Origin: Planctomycetales bacterium
GTDB lineage: Bacteria; 4484-113; JAFGCY01
DNA length: 32,000 bases
Assembly: GCA_022646745.1 (NCBI GenBank)
Contig: CP060262.1
Location: forward strand, 510,001-542,000
Direction of reading: 5' to 3'
Shown here: positions 25,001 to 32,000 of the stretch, one piece after another
How positions within the stretch are numbered: position 1 is the stretch's first letter
Layout: every line of letters starts with the position of its first letter
Made by a program: the position numbers and the translations under genes
Notes under the pieces: generated by a model
Database searches by the model: none
Told to the model about the DNA's origin: nothing
What the model saw: the letters and a program-made list of their open reading frames with translations, nothing else

Positions 25001-25240
25001 CTCATTGCCGCCGAAGTTGCGATACTGCAGGTTTATCGAGTACCAGCCGGGTCCGGCGACGCTCAGGTCACGCCCTGTATCAATCTGCAGTGCTGCAGGG
25101 TCCGGCAGGGTGGCTTCAATGCCTGCTGCCTGATCCGTTCCCGCCGGAGTATCAATCGACTGCGGCACGGAGGAGCCCCCACATGCAGCAAGCATGAGCA
25201 TGCCGGCCAGCAGCACGCAAAGCAACAGGTTCTGCTTCAT
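22058..25240 (-). CDS. Paralog E: large lipoprotein of the same family (D/E/F subfamily)
   Basis: Start refined to ATG 25240 (TCAAGGTGGATCTA-ATG), giving MKQNLLLCVLLAGMLMLAAC. Full set of family motifs. Asp-box TSPDGDTW. C-terminus FFEWSDFGNWEELPVP...GPDGRWHIIYRDFVNDDLRIISTVE. 1,060 aa, the same length as F. Confidence 0.9.
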   Translation of the reverse strand: MKQNLLLCVLLAGMLMLAACGGSSVPQSIDTPAGTDQAAGIEATLPDPAALQIDTGRDLSVAGPGWYSINLQYRNFGGNEQGVTDDLPAIDIAGAGGNGYSVFGVHGFDGDCYPTSLRSDVIDVVGEYYMMYTNYIDGRWMTAGPFTDSVTYEYPEVSQYSDPEILASARHNHYVAILVPDGSSLRLNMLQLGVDGGNEGPFPVVAIAENSNESIISIQWLHSPSFNEPDFAGYSVERAPFPIGEFVTISEENTFDSVFEDPEPGVNEPFMYRVRCWDTAGNNAVSMTIVAIRNVGDMALPTCVVDMPKGPLYGPVEVTFDLSGSYDNDGDVITDYYFDFGSGLGEVSQPDPVLTTTLQPGCYMISFAAKAGGFTGSTLRMLKIYPQWEESSQLVTEGTPLAPRYWLPRSFYDEASEKVVFLFADAATPSLVSMTVDKDGNVDRHDSPQILDGPVVAICEPVFVDGQWLFTIADSDNLIVCGWQDNVIDTNFLANLGVDAGFACMVTDGNGTAWILYYDGIAPYEIKILSINNPGSTLLVTGLVSAGEIDAEWNEDAEAIDLLYSGNTKTEWLRWSPVIGPIGNFVLSGADSEFIDVEQDPATGRPTALFSDGPNVRFADLNPDDATWTAPLPVDPIDPDWPYTKLLYRNGNSYCFVGDNPGDAKLYRRNGANWDVINTADYPGGGYFISMAYNPDLPGFMVMDTASDYATRITQMQEDDSEQQLYISKGWDRNGLELSAISSNSEIHLIHKPLFNYIHWTSPDGDTWTETSDAGVGFGGKIVVDENGEIYTGIANLGVSKLNHWVDPAWVPEDNHSISPNTAPLVYGQGGVMLFGNFDNLAVPAEFNYKVNLTPTQTTFPNDNDVLGGAFAGSNGSNYRIMVLFGASDITDADVGILSTSTGVIDKIFEPGFNRFDDEWTFGRSYEGANFRNAFASTREVFYFSYGPNNTYARMDRNLFGEWDVHEYGIIFQPELLYESRNCVSAMTAWGNTAVGIGSGVMGDVGFFEWSDFGNWEELPVPSGMDNGSLHELVVGPDGRWHIIYRDFVNDDLRIISTVE

Positions 25241-25375
25241 TAGATCCACCTTGATACTAAGTGGAGGCTGCGCCAGTGCGCGAACCTATGGACATACCTT
25301 GCGTGCAGTCCCAGTCCATTCCCTGCGCTGCTGCACTTGCCTTGACTAGCCGAAACCGGCCCAAAACCAGCTCGA

Positions 25376-25387
25376 AATTTACCACAG
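25376..25387 (-). promoter_or_regulatory. Paralog-E promoter-like element CTGTGGTAAATT (extended -10)
   Basis: Lies 136 nt upstream of ATG 25240 and 24 nt downstream of the F stop. Confidence 0.4.
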
Positions 25388-25410
25388 ATCAATGTGGTTT
25401 CACGCGCTAA

Positions 25411-28400
25411 CTATTCCACTGTGCTGATGATGCGCAGGTCATCGTTTACATAGTCGCGGTAGATGATGTGCCAGCGACCGTCGGGGCCGATAACCAGCTC
25501 ATGCAGTGAATCATCGTGCATGCCCTGCGGCAGGGGCAGCTGCTCCCAGTCACCGAAGTTGGACCACTCGAAGAACTCAATGCCCTTCAGCATGCGCGCT
25601 CCGATGGCAACGGATGTGCCACCCCAGGCAGTCGTGGCACTGAGGCTGCGCTTGTTCAGGGCAACCTCGATTTCGCTGGTCGGGAAACCGAAGTTGTCCA
25701 CATCCCACTCGCTGAATGGGTTGCGCAGGATGCGAGCGAAGCCCGCATTCGGTCCGTAGGCAATGTAGAACACCTCTCGCGGGCCAGTGAATCGGTTGTA
25801 ATAGACGGCACCTTCTATGTGCCTTCCGCGCGTCCAGTCATCGTCATAGGCTGCAAAGCTGGGGTCACAGATGTAATCAAGTTCACCGACCTTGTTCATC
25901 ACACCGAGATCACAGTTGTTGGGGTCCGGCGATCCATACAGCACCAGCAGTTTTGCGTTGGCCACATCGATACCGGCAAATGCACCATCGGCGATCTCCG
26001 TGGTCGGTGTATTGAACACAACGGGCACCGCCAGGTTCTCCTTCCAGTGGAATTCATCCGGCACCATGTTGCCATCAAATGTGCCAAACATCAGGGCATT
26101 GTTCTGGCCATAGATGATCGGCACCGTATCTGCGCTGATCGGAGTGTTCTCCACGACAATCCAGGCCGGGTCAACCCAGTGGCGCAGGAAGGCGGTTGCT
26201 CCGTCCTTGAGGCTGGAGTAGATCTCGCCGTTCACGTTGGCAACAATCTTGCCGCCTTCACCGATGCCCGCATCCGATGTCTCGGTCCAGGTGTCGCCGT
26301 CCGGGCTGGTCCAGTGGATGTAGCGGTCAACCGGCTTGTGCATCAGGTGAATTTCCGTGCTTGAGCTGGCTGCGCTGAGTTCCAGCCCGTAGCGGGACCA
26401 GCCGTCACTGGCCCACAGTTCCTGTTCGTCACCGTTCTCCTGCATCAGGGTCAGGCGGGTCCTGTAGTCCAGCGCGGAGTCCAGCACGTAGAATCCGGGC
26501 ACGGTGGGATTGAATGCCATGCTGTTGTAGTAGCCGCCGTCAGCGAAGTCGGCGTCATTAATCACGTCCCAGTTGGCACCATTCCTGCGATATAGCGTGG
26601 AACCACCAGGGTTCTGCCCCAGGTAGCAGTAAGCGTTGCCATCTCGATACAGCAGCTTGGAAAATGTCCAGTCCGGGTCAATCGGATCGACCGGCAGCGG
26701 GGCAGTCCAGGTCATGTTGTCAGGATTCAGTTCGCTGAAACGGATGTTCGGTCCATCAGTGATCAGCGCGGTCGGGCGGCCCGTATCCGGATTATTCTCC
26801 ACATCAACAAAGCCGCTGTCGGCAGCGCTGATGCTGAAACTGCCCATCGGGCCGATCACCGGCGACCAGCGCATCCACTCCGTGCTGCCGTTGCCACTGT
26901 AGACAAGGTCGATGGCTTCCTCTGCCTCATTCCACTCGGCATCGAAGAAGGTTCCCGCCAGCGCATTCGGTACAAGTGTGACTTCTGAAAGTGTATCCAG
27001 GTTGATGATCTTCAGGTCGTAACCGACATTGATCTCCTGGTAAAGCAGCCACACGCTGCCCTGGCCATCAGTCACCATGCTGGTATAGGCCGTGTCCGTG
27101 TTGTTGGTGACAAGGTAGTTGGGGACGATTTCGTTGTCATGCCAGGAGCAGATCATGAATCCGAAGCCATAGGCTGCACCGAACTGCCATGTTCCGTCCA
27201 CATAGACCGGTTCACTCATCAGAACCAGCGGCTCAGGGAACAGGTGCGGGACATCCTTGCGGTCCACGTTTCCGTCCTTGTCAACGGTGATGCTGACCAG
27301 GGAAGGTGTTGACACATCTGAGAACAGGAACACGACCTTCTCTGAATCCGGGTCATAGAACGAACGGGACAGTGAATAGCGCAAGAAAATCGGGGTTCCG
27401 TCGTCAATCAGCTGGCTGTCGGTTTCCCATTCGGGATAGACCTTCAGCATGCGGATGCGTGAATCGGTGTCTCCTCCGATCTTGACGGTGAAGCGCATAA
27501 GGTAGCAACCGGGCTGCAGGGTAACAGTCAGCACAGGGTTAGCCTGGTTGACCTCGCCGAGACCCGGTCCGAAGTTGAAGTAGTAGTCATTGATCGGATC
27601 ACCATCGTTGTCAAACGAGCCCGACATGTCGAAAGTGACCTCAACCGGACCGACCAGCGGCCCCCGCGGCATGTCCACCACACAGACCAGTCCGTCGGAG
27701 ATACCCATGGCCCGCCAGGCGGGGATTGCCATGGAGAGTGCGCTGTTGCCTGATGTATCCCAGGTCCGCACACGGTACATGTAAGTCTTGCCATCTTCGG
27801 CTGAAATATCGTTGTAGTGCGATTCGAAGGTGTTCTCAGTACTGATCGTGCTGAACTCACCAACCGGAAAGTCGGAACGCTCGACCGAGTATCCGGCGAA
27901 GTCAGGGTCGTTGTAGTCCGGGCTGTGGTACCAGACGATTGTGACAACGTCCTCATTGCTCTTGTGGCTCACTGCGAGCACGGGGAATGGTCCCTCGCTG
28001 CCGCCATCCACGCCCAGCTGCAGCATGTCCAGCTGCAGGCTGCTGCCATCCGGCACGAGGATGGCGACGAAGTGGTTCGTATACTTCGAAGCGAGGATCT
28101 CCGGACCGGAGTATTCGGAAACTTCCGGGTACTCATAGGTCACGCTTTCGCTGAAGGGACCCGCTGTCATCCAGCGGCCGTCAACATAATTCGTGTGCAG
28201 CAGGTAATACTCGCCGACGACATCGCTTACATCTGCACGGATGCCCGTGGGATAGCTGTCGCCGTCAAAGCCCTGTGCCCCGAAGATGCAGTAGCCGCTG
28301 CTGCCACTACCGGCGATGTCAATTGCCGGCAGGTCCTCGCTGACTCCCTGCTCCGCCCCACCGAAGTTGCGGTACTGCAGATCGAATGTGTACCAGCCCG

Positions 28401-28593
28401 GCCCGGCGATGCTCAGATCACGCTCGGTATCCGTCTCCAGTGCAGCGGAATCGGGTAGCGCATCTGTCAGTTGAGGTACGCCCATGTTTTGCGAATCAGG
28501 CAGTCCCCCAGTTCCGGAATTCCCTGCGGAACCGCCGCAGGAAATGAGAGCAGCAATCAGTAGAACGGACAGACAGGTCAACAGTCTATGCAT
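25411..28593 (-). CDS. Paralog F: large lipoprotein of the same family (D/E/F subfamily)
   Basis: Start refined to ATG 28593 (TCAAGGTGTACATA-ATG), giving MHRLLTCLSVLLIAALISC (lipobox L-I-S-C). The 60 extra residues in the track ORF are not signal-peptide-like and would span the promoter-like element. Asp-box TSPDGDTW. C-terminus FFEWSNFGDWEQLPLP...GPDGRWHIIYRDYVNDDLRIISTVE. 1,060 aa. Confidence 0.9.
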   Translation of the reverse strand: MHRLLTCLSVLLIAALISCGGSAGNSGTGGLPDSQNMGVPQLTDALPDSAALETDTERDLSIAGPGWYTFDLQYRNFGGAEQGVSEDLPAIDIAGSGSSGYCIFGAQGFDGDSYPTGIRADVSDVVGEYYLLHTNYVDGRWMTAGPFSESVTYEYPEVSEYSGPEILASKYTNHFVAILVPDGSSLQLDMLQLGVDGGSEGPFPVLAVSHKSNEDVVTIVWYHSPDYNDPDFAGYSVERSDFPVGEFSTISTENTFESHYNDISAEDGKTYMYRVRTWDTSGNSALSMAIPAWRAMGISDGLVCVVDMPRGPLVGPVEVTFDMSGSFDNDGDPINDYYFNFGPGLGEVNQANPVLTVTLQPGCYLMRFTVKIGGDTDSRIRMLKVYPEWETDSQLIDDGTPIFLRYSLSRSFYDPDSEKVVFLFSDVSTPSLVSITVDKDGNVDRKDVPHLFPEPLVLMSEPVYVDGTWQFGAAYGFGFMICSWHDNEIVPNYLVTNNTDTAYTSMVTDGQGSVWLLYQEINVGYDLKIINLDTLSEVTLVPNALAGTFFDAEWNEAEEAIDLVYSGNGSTEWMRWSPVIGPMGSFSISAADSGFVDVENNPDTGRPTALITDGPNIRFSELNPDNMTWTAPLPVDPIDPDWTFSKLLYRDGNAYCYLGQNPGGSTLYRRNGANWDVINDADFADGGYYNSMAFNPTVPGFYVLDSALDYRTRLTLMQENGDEQELWASDGWSRYGLELSAASSSTEIHLMHKPVDRYIHWTSPDGDTWTETSDAGIGEGGKIVANVNGEIYSSLKDGATAFLRHWVDPAWIVVENTPISADTVPIIYGQNNALMFGTFDGNMVPDEFHWKENLAVPVVFNTPTTEIADGAFAGIDVANAKLLVLYGSPDPNNCDLGVMNKVGELDYICDPSFAAYDDDWTRGRHIEGAVYYNRFTGPREVFYIAYGPNAGFARILRNPFSEWDVDNFGFPTSEIEVALNKRSLSATTAWGGTSVAIGARMLKGIEFFEWSNFGDWEQLPLPQGMHDDSLHELVIGPDGRWHIIYRDYVNDDLRIISTVE

Positions 28594-28729
28594 TATGTAC
28601 ACCTTGAAGGACGCGGATACGCAATCCGGTGTGAACCGCTGCGACCCGTCATGATTGAAATTGCAATCCCTGCCGGACACCAGCAGAAGGATGCTTGACC
28701 ACACCCACCGGGGTATTTGTGGTGGCCTG

Positions 28730-28741
28730 AATTTACCACAG
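28730..28741 (-). promoter_or_regulatory. Paralog-F promoter-like element CTGTGGTAAATT (extended -10)
   Basis: Lies 137 nt upstream of ATG 28593, directly downstream of a terminator with a U6 tract. Confidence 0.4.
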
Positions 28742-28771
28742 GAAGTAAAAACCCGGTTAAACGCTTCATGC

Positions 28772-28810
28772 AAAAAAGCCGGCCCCTGCGCGCAATGCAG
28801 CAGGAACCGG
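28772..28810 (-). terminator. Rho-independent terminator (minus strand) between G and F
   Basis: Minus-strand RNA: CCGGUUCCUGC-(10-nt loop)-GCAGGGGCCGG followed by CUUUUUUG. Two positions are G-U pairs on the minus-strand RNA but C-A mismatches on the plus strand, which supports a minus-strand function. Confidence 0.7.
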
Positions 28811-28824
28811 CCGCTCTACGGGTA
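28803..28824. repeat. Direct repeat copy 1 (GGAACCGGCcGCTCTACGGGTA)
   Basis: 21/22 identical to 28996-29017. Overlaps one arm of the 28779-28810 terminator hairpin. Confidence 0.8.
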
Positions 28825-28889
28825 ATTGATAAGCTGCCTGAGGGCCGTATTCTACCTGCTGCGCTCATATTCGTAACTTGATTCACAGT

Positions 28890-28936
28890 TAAAGAAACAA
28901 TGAAACTCCGGCAAGCGCCGAAAGCGGATGCCGGAG
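28890..28936 (-). terminator. Second terminator-like hairpin (minus strand) downstream of G
   Basis: CTCCGGCA (28906-28913) pairs with TGCCGGAG (28929-28936), with an inner CGC/GCG extension. On the minus strand it is followed by TTTCATTGTTTCTTTA. Confidence 0.5.
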
Positions 28937-28995
28937 TATACGGAAAGATGAATGAAGACCCGGTGGAAACCGGTTCCGGCCATGGAATCATGCCC

Positions 28996-29017
28996 GGAAC
29001 CGGCAGCTCTACGGGTA
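28996..29017. repeat. Direct repeat copy 2 (GGAACCGGCaGCTCTACGGGTA)
   Basis: 21/22 identical to 28803-28824. Overlaps one arm of the hairpin CCGGTTCCGG (28970-28979) / CCGGAACCGG (28994-29003). Confidence 0.8.
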
Positions 29018-29026
29018 TATGGACAA

Positions 29027-32000
29027 CTAGGCTGCGCCGGGCACGGTGCTGCGGATCATCAGGTCATCCGTCTGCGTGTCCCGGTAGATGATGTGCCAGC
29101 GGCCAAACTGGTCCGCCACCACTTCGTACAGGTGGCCATGCTCGATGTCGGGGAACTCCAGCGGCAGGAAGCCTGACTGGGTGCTCATCTCGAACAGTTC
29201 CACTTCTCCCTGCAGGGTCGAGATCAGGGCAACACCACTGAACATCGGGGTGTTGTCAGCACTGACGATGCGACGTGTCTCACCCTGGTTGCGATCAGTC
29301 AGTCCAACGGGGATTGTCTCAGCATGGAAGCTTGTGCCGGATCGTGTGATCCTCAGCGGGTGGCCATCAGTTCCGGAAGCGGCATAGAAGATGCCACCAC
29401 TGGACGGCATGCCCGGGTAGTAGCCATAGGCTGAGTCGATGGTGCGGCCAATGATGAGCGGATCGGCGTAGGGCATGTTGCCCCATTCGGCGATGAAGTG
29501 CACATCATTGCGAAGCCGGTTGAGGAAGCCGATGGAACCGTTATATCCTGCGGTGCCGCCGTAGATCACCACTCCATCGAAGTTCGTACTGGAGTAGCCA
29601 TCGATCGCACCGTCACGGATCGGCCCGTTGACGTAGGTCTTGTTGAAGGTGTTGCCATCAATCTGGTAGACAACGCCACCATTGCCAAGCTGGTCAGACT
29701 GGTTGAGCATGAACAGGCTGTCGTTGCTGCCACCGACGATCGGCTGTGAGCCATCATTGGCAACCCATGCATTGAGGTCGATGAAGGCACCGCCGCTCCA
29801 CTGCTTCTGCAGGAAGGCGGCGTTGTGCCGGTAGGTCAGGTACGGGCCGCCCTGCTTGTCAGTGCTGAGGCGGATGCCGGTCGGCTCGTTGCCGATCCCG
29901 TCCTCGTAGAGGCTCCATGAATCGCCATAGACGCTGCCGTAGACTGCCATGCCAAGGCCCTGGCGGGTTGCAAGGTAGATGCCGTCCTCGTTGTCCTCGA
30001 CCGTCAGTCCAAGCCCGAGGAAGTCCGTGCCCTCAATCAGGGCCAGTTCCTGCTGCCCGAGCTGGTCACCAAGACGTGAGACGTGCATGCTGTATGCAGT
30101 GCGGTCCATGATGATGGTCTGGCCGTCACCGGGAAGGCGCAGGGCACTGACCTCATAGCCGCCGTCGGTCCAGCCGACCTCCTGGCCGGCGGTCCAGCCG
30201 TTGCCGGTGTCGTAGTAGATCCGCGATTTGTTGCCAGGTGCCCCGGCGAAGATGTAGCTTCCTTCCGCATCGATCACAAGGTCAACGGCAGTGGTCAGCT
30301 GTCCGTTCGGGCCGGTCTGGTTGAAACCGCTCCAGACCAGTGACAGTGCATCACGGTTCGCGTGGAATATGCCGAGGATGTAGCCGATCGCGAGTTCCAT
30401 GCGCTGTGTGTACTCGTTGTACTCAAGATCCAGGGACTCCACGTCCGCGGTGAGGATGTCAACCTTTGTTGATGCACCACCGTCCGGATCCACAACCGCC
30501 CACATGAGCTGGCCATTGTGCGTGTAGACAAGCTCGTACATGCCGCTTTGCGGATTGTATTCAGCATCAAGCAGTCCGGGGTTGATGACAGCTTCATGGA
30601 TCGTGGAGTAATTGAAGCCACCGGCCTGGTAGCCGATGATGTCGTTTCCAAATCCCTGCTGCTGGAATGACCAGAGGTTCCCGTTGCCATCGGTGGCGAG
30701 GTCGGACTGCACATCCCCATTGCTGCCGCTGGAGAAGTAGGTGGCCATCCGGAAACCGTTCGCATCCAGCTCGAGTCCGGTCCGCTGGTTGCCCCAGCGG
30801 GCCTGCAGCAGCAGCTTGCCGTTGAATTCCACCGGCTCACTGATGAAGCGGTACTCACTCGTATCGTTGACAACGGTCTGCCCGTAGAACGGCCAGCTGC
30901 CGAATTCATCCAGGCCCTGCTCCGTCACGTGGCTCGCGATCAGCGCACTGCGCATGCCGTCAAAGTAGAGGGCCACGGGCTCACCCGTCTGCGGGTCGCT
31001 TGCCAGTCGCGGCGTGAAGGCCCGGCGACGCAGGTGGTTGCTCTCAAGGAGCACCCGTGACTCTTCCTCCCAGGTCGGCAGGATCGTCATCGGGAACCAG
31101 CTGTAGGAAGTCTTGTTGTTGCTTACACGGACATCAACCCGGTAGCCGCCGGTCGGCAGCTCGATGCTGAATCGCGGGTCATCCTGGCTGATCTTGATGT
31201 AGTTGGTGCCAACGCTGACCTCATACTGCTCGATCGGGTCTCCGTCGGGGTCATAGGAGCCTGACAGGTCAATCTGCACCGTCGCGGGAAAGGTCAGCGG
31301 GCCGGGGGTATGGCTGACCACGACCACGGGGGGGTTGTCAGCATTCGGGTTCGTGTAGTCCACCACGACGGAACCGGGAGTCTGGCGTCCGGCCGTGTCA
31401 CAGGCGTACACGATGTAGCGGTAGAACTGTCCATCCTCGGCGGTGTCGTCTACGTACTGATTCTCGAGGAATGGCTCACTGTTGAGGAACACGTAGTTGT
31501 CACCGATGTAGTCGGAACGGGCAACGCGGTAGCCTGCGAAGTCCAGGTCCGCATAGCTCGGGCTCTGCCACCAGCTGAGGAAGATGTCCTTGCCGCTGTA
31601 GTCCGGCGACATCGTGACCGGAAAGGGAGCGTCACCGTCATCTCCGGCAATCCTGAATGAACAGGCCTCCACCGTCAGGCTGCCCTCCGGCAGGATCACG
31701 GCGAAGTAGTGCTTGCCAGCCGCGGAAACCCCGGCAAGGGACTCGGGGTAGATGACCTCCTGGCCACCGATGAAGGGACCGAATGTGGTCCAGCGGCCGC
31801 TGCCGAAGTCACTGGCAGCGATGTAGTATTCAGTTGCATCATCCTGCATGTCGAGCTGCACTGCGTCAACGTAGAGGCCAGCCTTGATCTCACTGACGCC
31901 CCAGGCGAACCAGGCGGGACCGTCAGCGGCCTCCAGCAGCAGGCCATCGTTGCCGGGCGTGGCGGAGCTGGAAATGTCCACCAGTCCCATGCCGGTGACC
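29027..32000 (-). CDS. Paralog G: most divergent family member; the N-terminus (signal peptide) lies beyond the right edge
   Basis: The frame stays open through position 32000 (..VTG before the track Met at 31990). Compared with A-F, about 60-90 N-terminal residues are missing. Motifs: DFGSGRWTTFGPF, DFAGYRVARS...FYRYIVYACDTAGR, GPLTFPATVQIDLSGSYDPDGDPIEQY, ILPTWEEE, and C-terminus LFEMS...FGRWHIIYRDTQTDDLMIRSTVPGAA. Confidence 0.85.
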   Translation of the reverse strand, partial: VTGMGLVDISSSATPGNDGLLLEAADGPAWFAWGVSEIKAGLYVDAVQLDMQDDATEYYIAASDFGSGRWTTFGPFIGGQEVIYPESLAGVSAAGKHYFAVILPEGSLTVEACSFRIAGDDGDAPFPVTMSPDYSGKDIFLSWWQSPSYADLDFAGYRVARSDYIGDNYVFLNSEPFLENQYVDDTAEDGQFYRYIVYACDTAGRQTPGSVVVDYTNPNADNPPVVVVSHTPGPLTFPATVQIDLSGSYDPDGDPIEQYEVSVGTNYIKISQDDPRFSIELPTGGYRVDVRVSNNKTSYSWFPMTILPTWEEESRVLLESNHLRRRAFTPRLASDPQTGEPVALYFDGMRSALIASHVTEQGLDEFGSWPFYGQTVVNDTSEYRFISEPVEFNGKLLLQARWGNQRTGLELDANGFRMATYFSSGSNGDVQSDLATDGNGNLWSFQQQGFGNDIIGYQAGGFNYSTIHEAVINPGLLDAEYNPQSGMYELVYTHNGQLMWAVVDPDGGASTKVDILTADVESLDLEYNEYTQRMELAIGYILGIFHANRDALSLVWSGFNQTGPNGQLTTAVDLVIDAEGSYIFAGAPGNKSRIYYDTGNGWTAGQEVGWTDGGYEVSALRLPGDGQTIIMDRTAYSMHVSRLGDQLGQQELALIEGTDFLGLGLTVEDNEDGIYLATRQGLGMAVYGSVYGDSWSLYEDGIGNEPTGIRLSTDKQGGPYLTYRHNAAFLQKQWSGGAFIDLNAWVANDGSQPIVGGSNDSLFMLNQSDQLGNGGVVYQIDGNTFNKTYVNGPIRDGAIDGYSSTNFDGVVIYGGTAGYNGSIGFLNRLRNDVHFIAEWGNMPYADPLIIGRTIDSAYGYYPGMPSSGGIFYAASGTDGHPLRITRSGTSFHAETIPVGLTDRNQGETRRIVSADNTPMFSGVALISTLQGEVELFEMSTQSGFLPLEFPDIEHGHLYEVVADQFGRWHIIYRDTQTDDLMIRSTVPGAA

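Noticed and set aside
28593-28991. 132-aa minus ORF and 63-aa + ORF (28900-29091) inside the G-F spacer
   Set aside because: They span terminator hairpins and the promoter-like element, have Arg/Cys/Gly-rich nonsense composition and have no SD. The same reasoning removes the 60-aa N-terminal extension of the track ORF for F (start 28773).
8823-32000. Diversity-generating retroelement, shufflon/invertase or phase-variation mechanism acting on the array
   Set aside because: The window contains no reverse transcriptase, recombinase, template-repeat-like near-identical segment, inverted-repeat-flanked promoter or long homopolymer/SSR tract near the starts. The paralogs are anciently diverged rather than cassette-like. 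I cannot exclude elements outside the window.

Overview
GC-rich bacterial chromosomal window. I found no rRNA, tRNA, CRISPR array, transposase, integrase or reverse transcriptase. All calls come from reading the sequence and ORF track by eye. No homology search was run, and identity statements are hand alignments.

The left ~5.2 kb holds ordinary genes in mixed orientation:
- a C-terminally truncated cohesin/dockerin-like lipoprotein (1-692, minus; missing from the ORF track)
- a cytoplasmic TolB/PD40-like propeller protein
- clpP
- a small double zinc-ribbon ORF
- nadA, with a perfect inverted repeat beside its promoter
- a membrane-anchored GspG-like protein

This part ends at a strong bidirectional terminator (5247-5266).

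From 5292 to the right edge (~27 kb) every gene is on the minus strand and every complete product has an export signal. The block holds an 18-cysteine secreted protein (5292-6623), a 591-aa secreted protein (6958-8733) and seven head-to-tail paralogous lipoprotein genes of about 1,050-1,065 aa:
- A 8823-11984
- B 12171-15368
- C 15497-18643
- D 18690-21881
- E 22058-25240
- F 25411-28593
- G 29027 to beyond 32000

The paralogs share one architecture: a lipobox signal peptide, a family-specific N-terminal module (AGPGW...DGD..PTSLR...GRW), an FN3-like domain, a PKD-like domain, an LKVYPQW hinge and a ~650-aa Asp-box-bearing propeller-like region. They end in a strongly conserved C-terminal signature (FEWSNFGDWE.LPLP...GPDGRWHIIY.D...DD....ST). 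The middle of the propeller-like region is much more divergent.

Most paralogs appear to have their own promoter-like element and leader. The elements are of two types that match the protein subfamilies. C follows D directly after an 11-bp hairpin.

This array, together with the two secreted proteins downstream of it, is my candidate for the undescribed system. I read it as a diversified cell-surface lipoprotein repertoire of unknown ligand or function.
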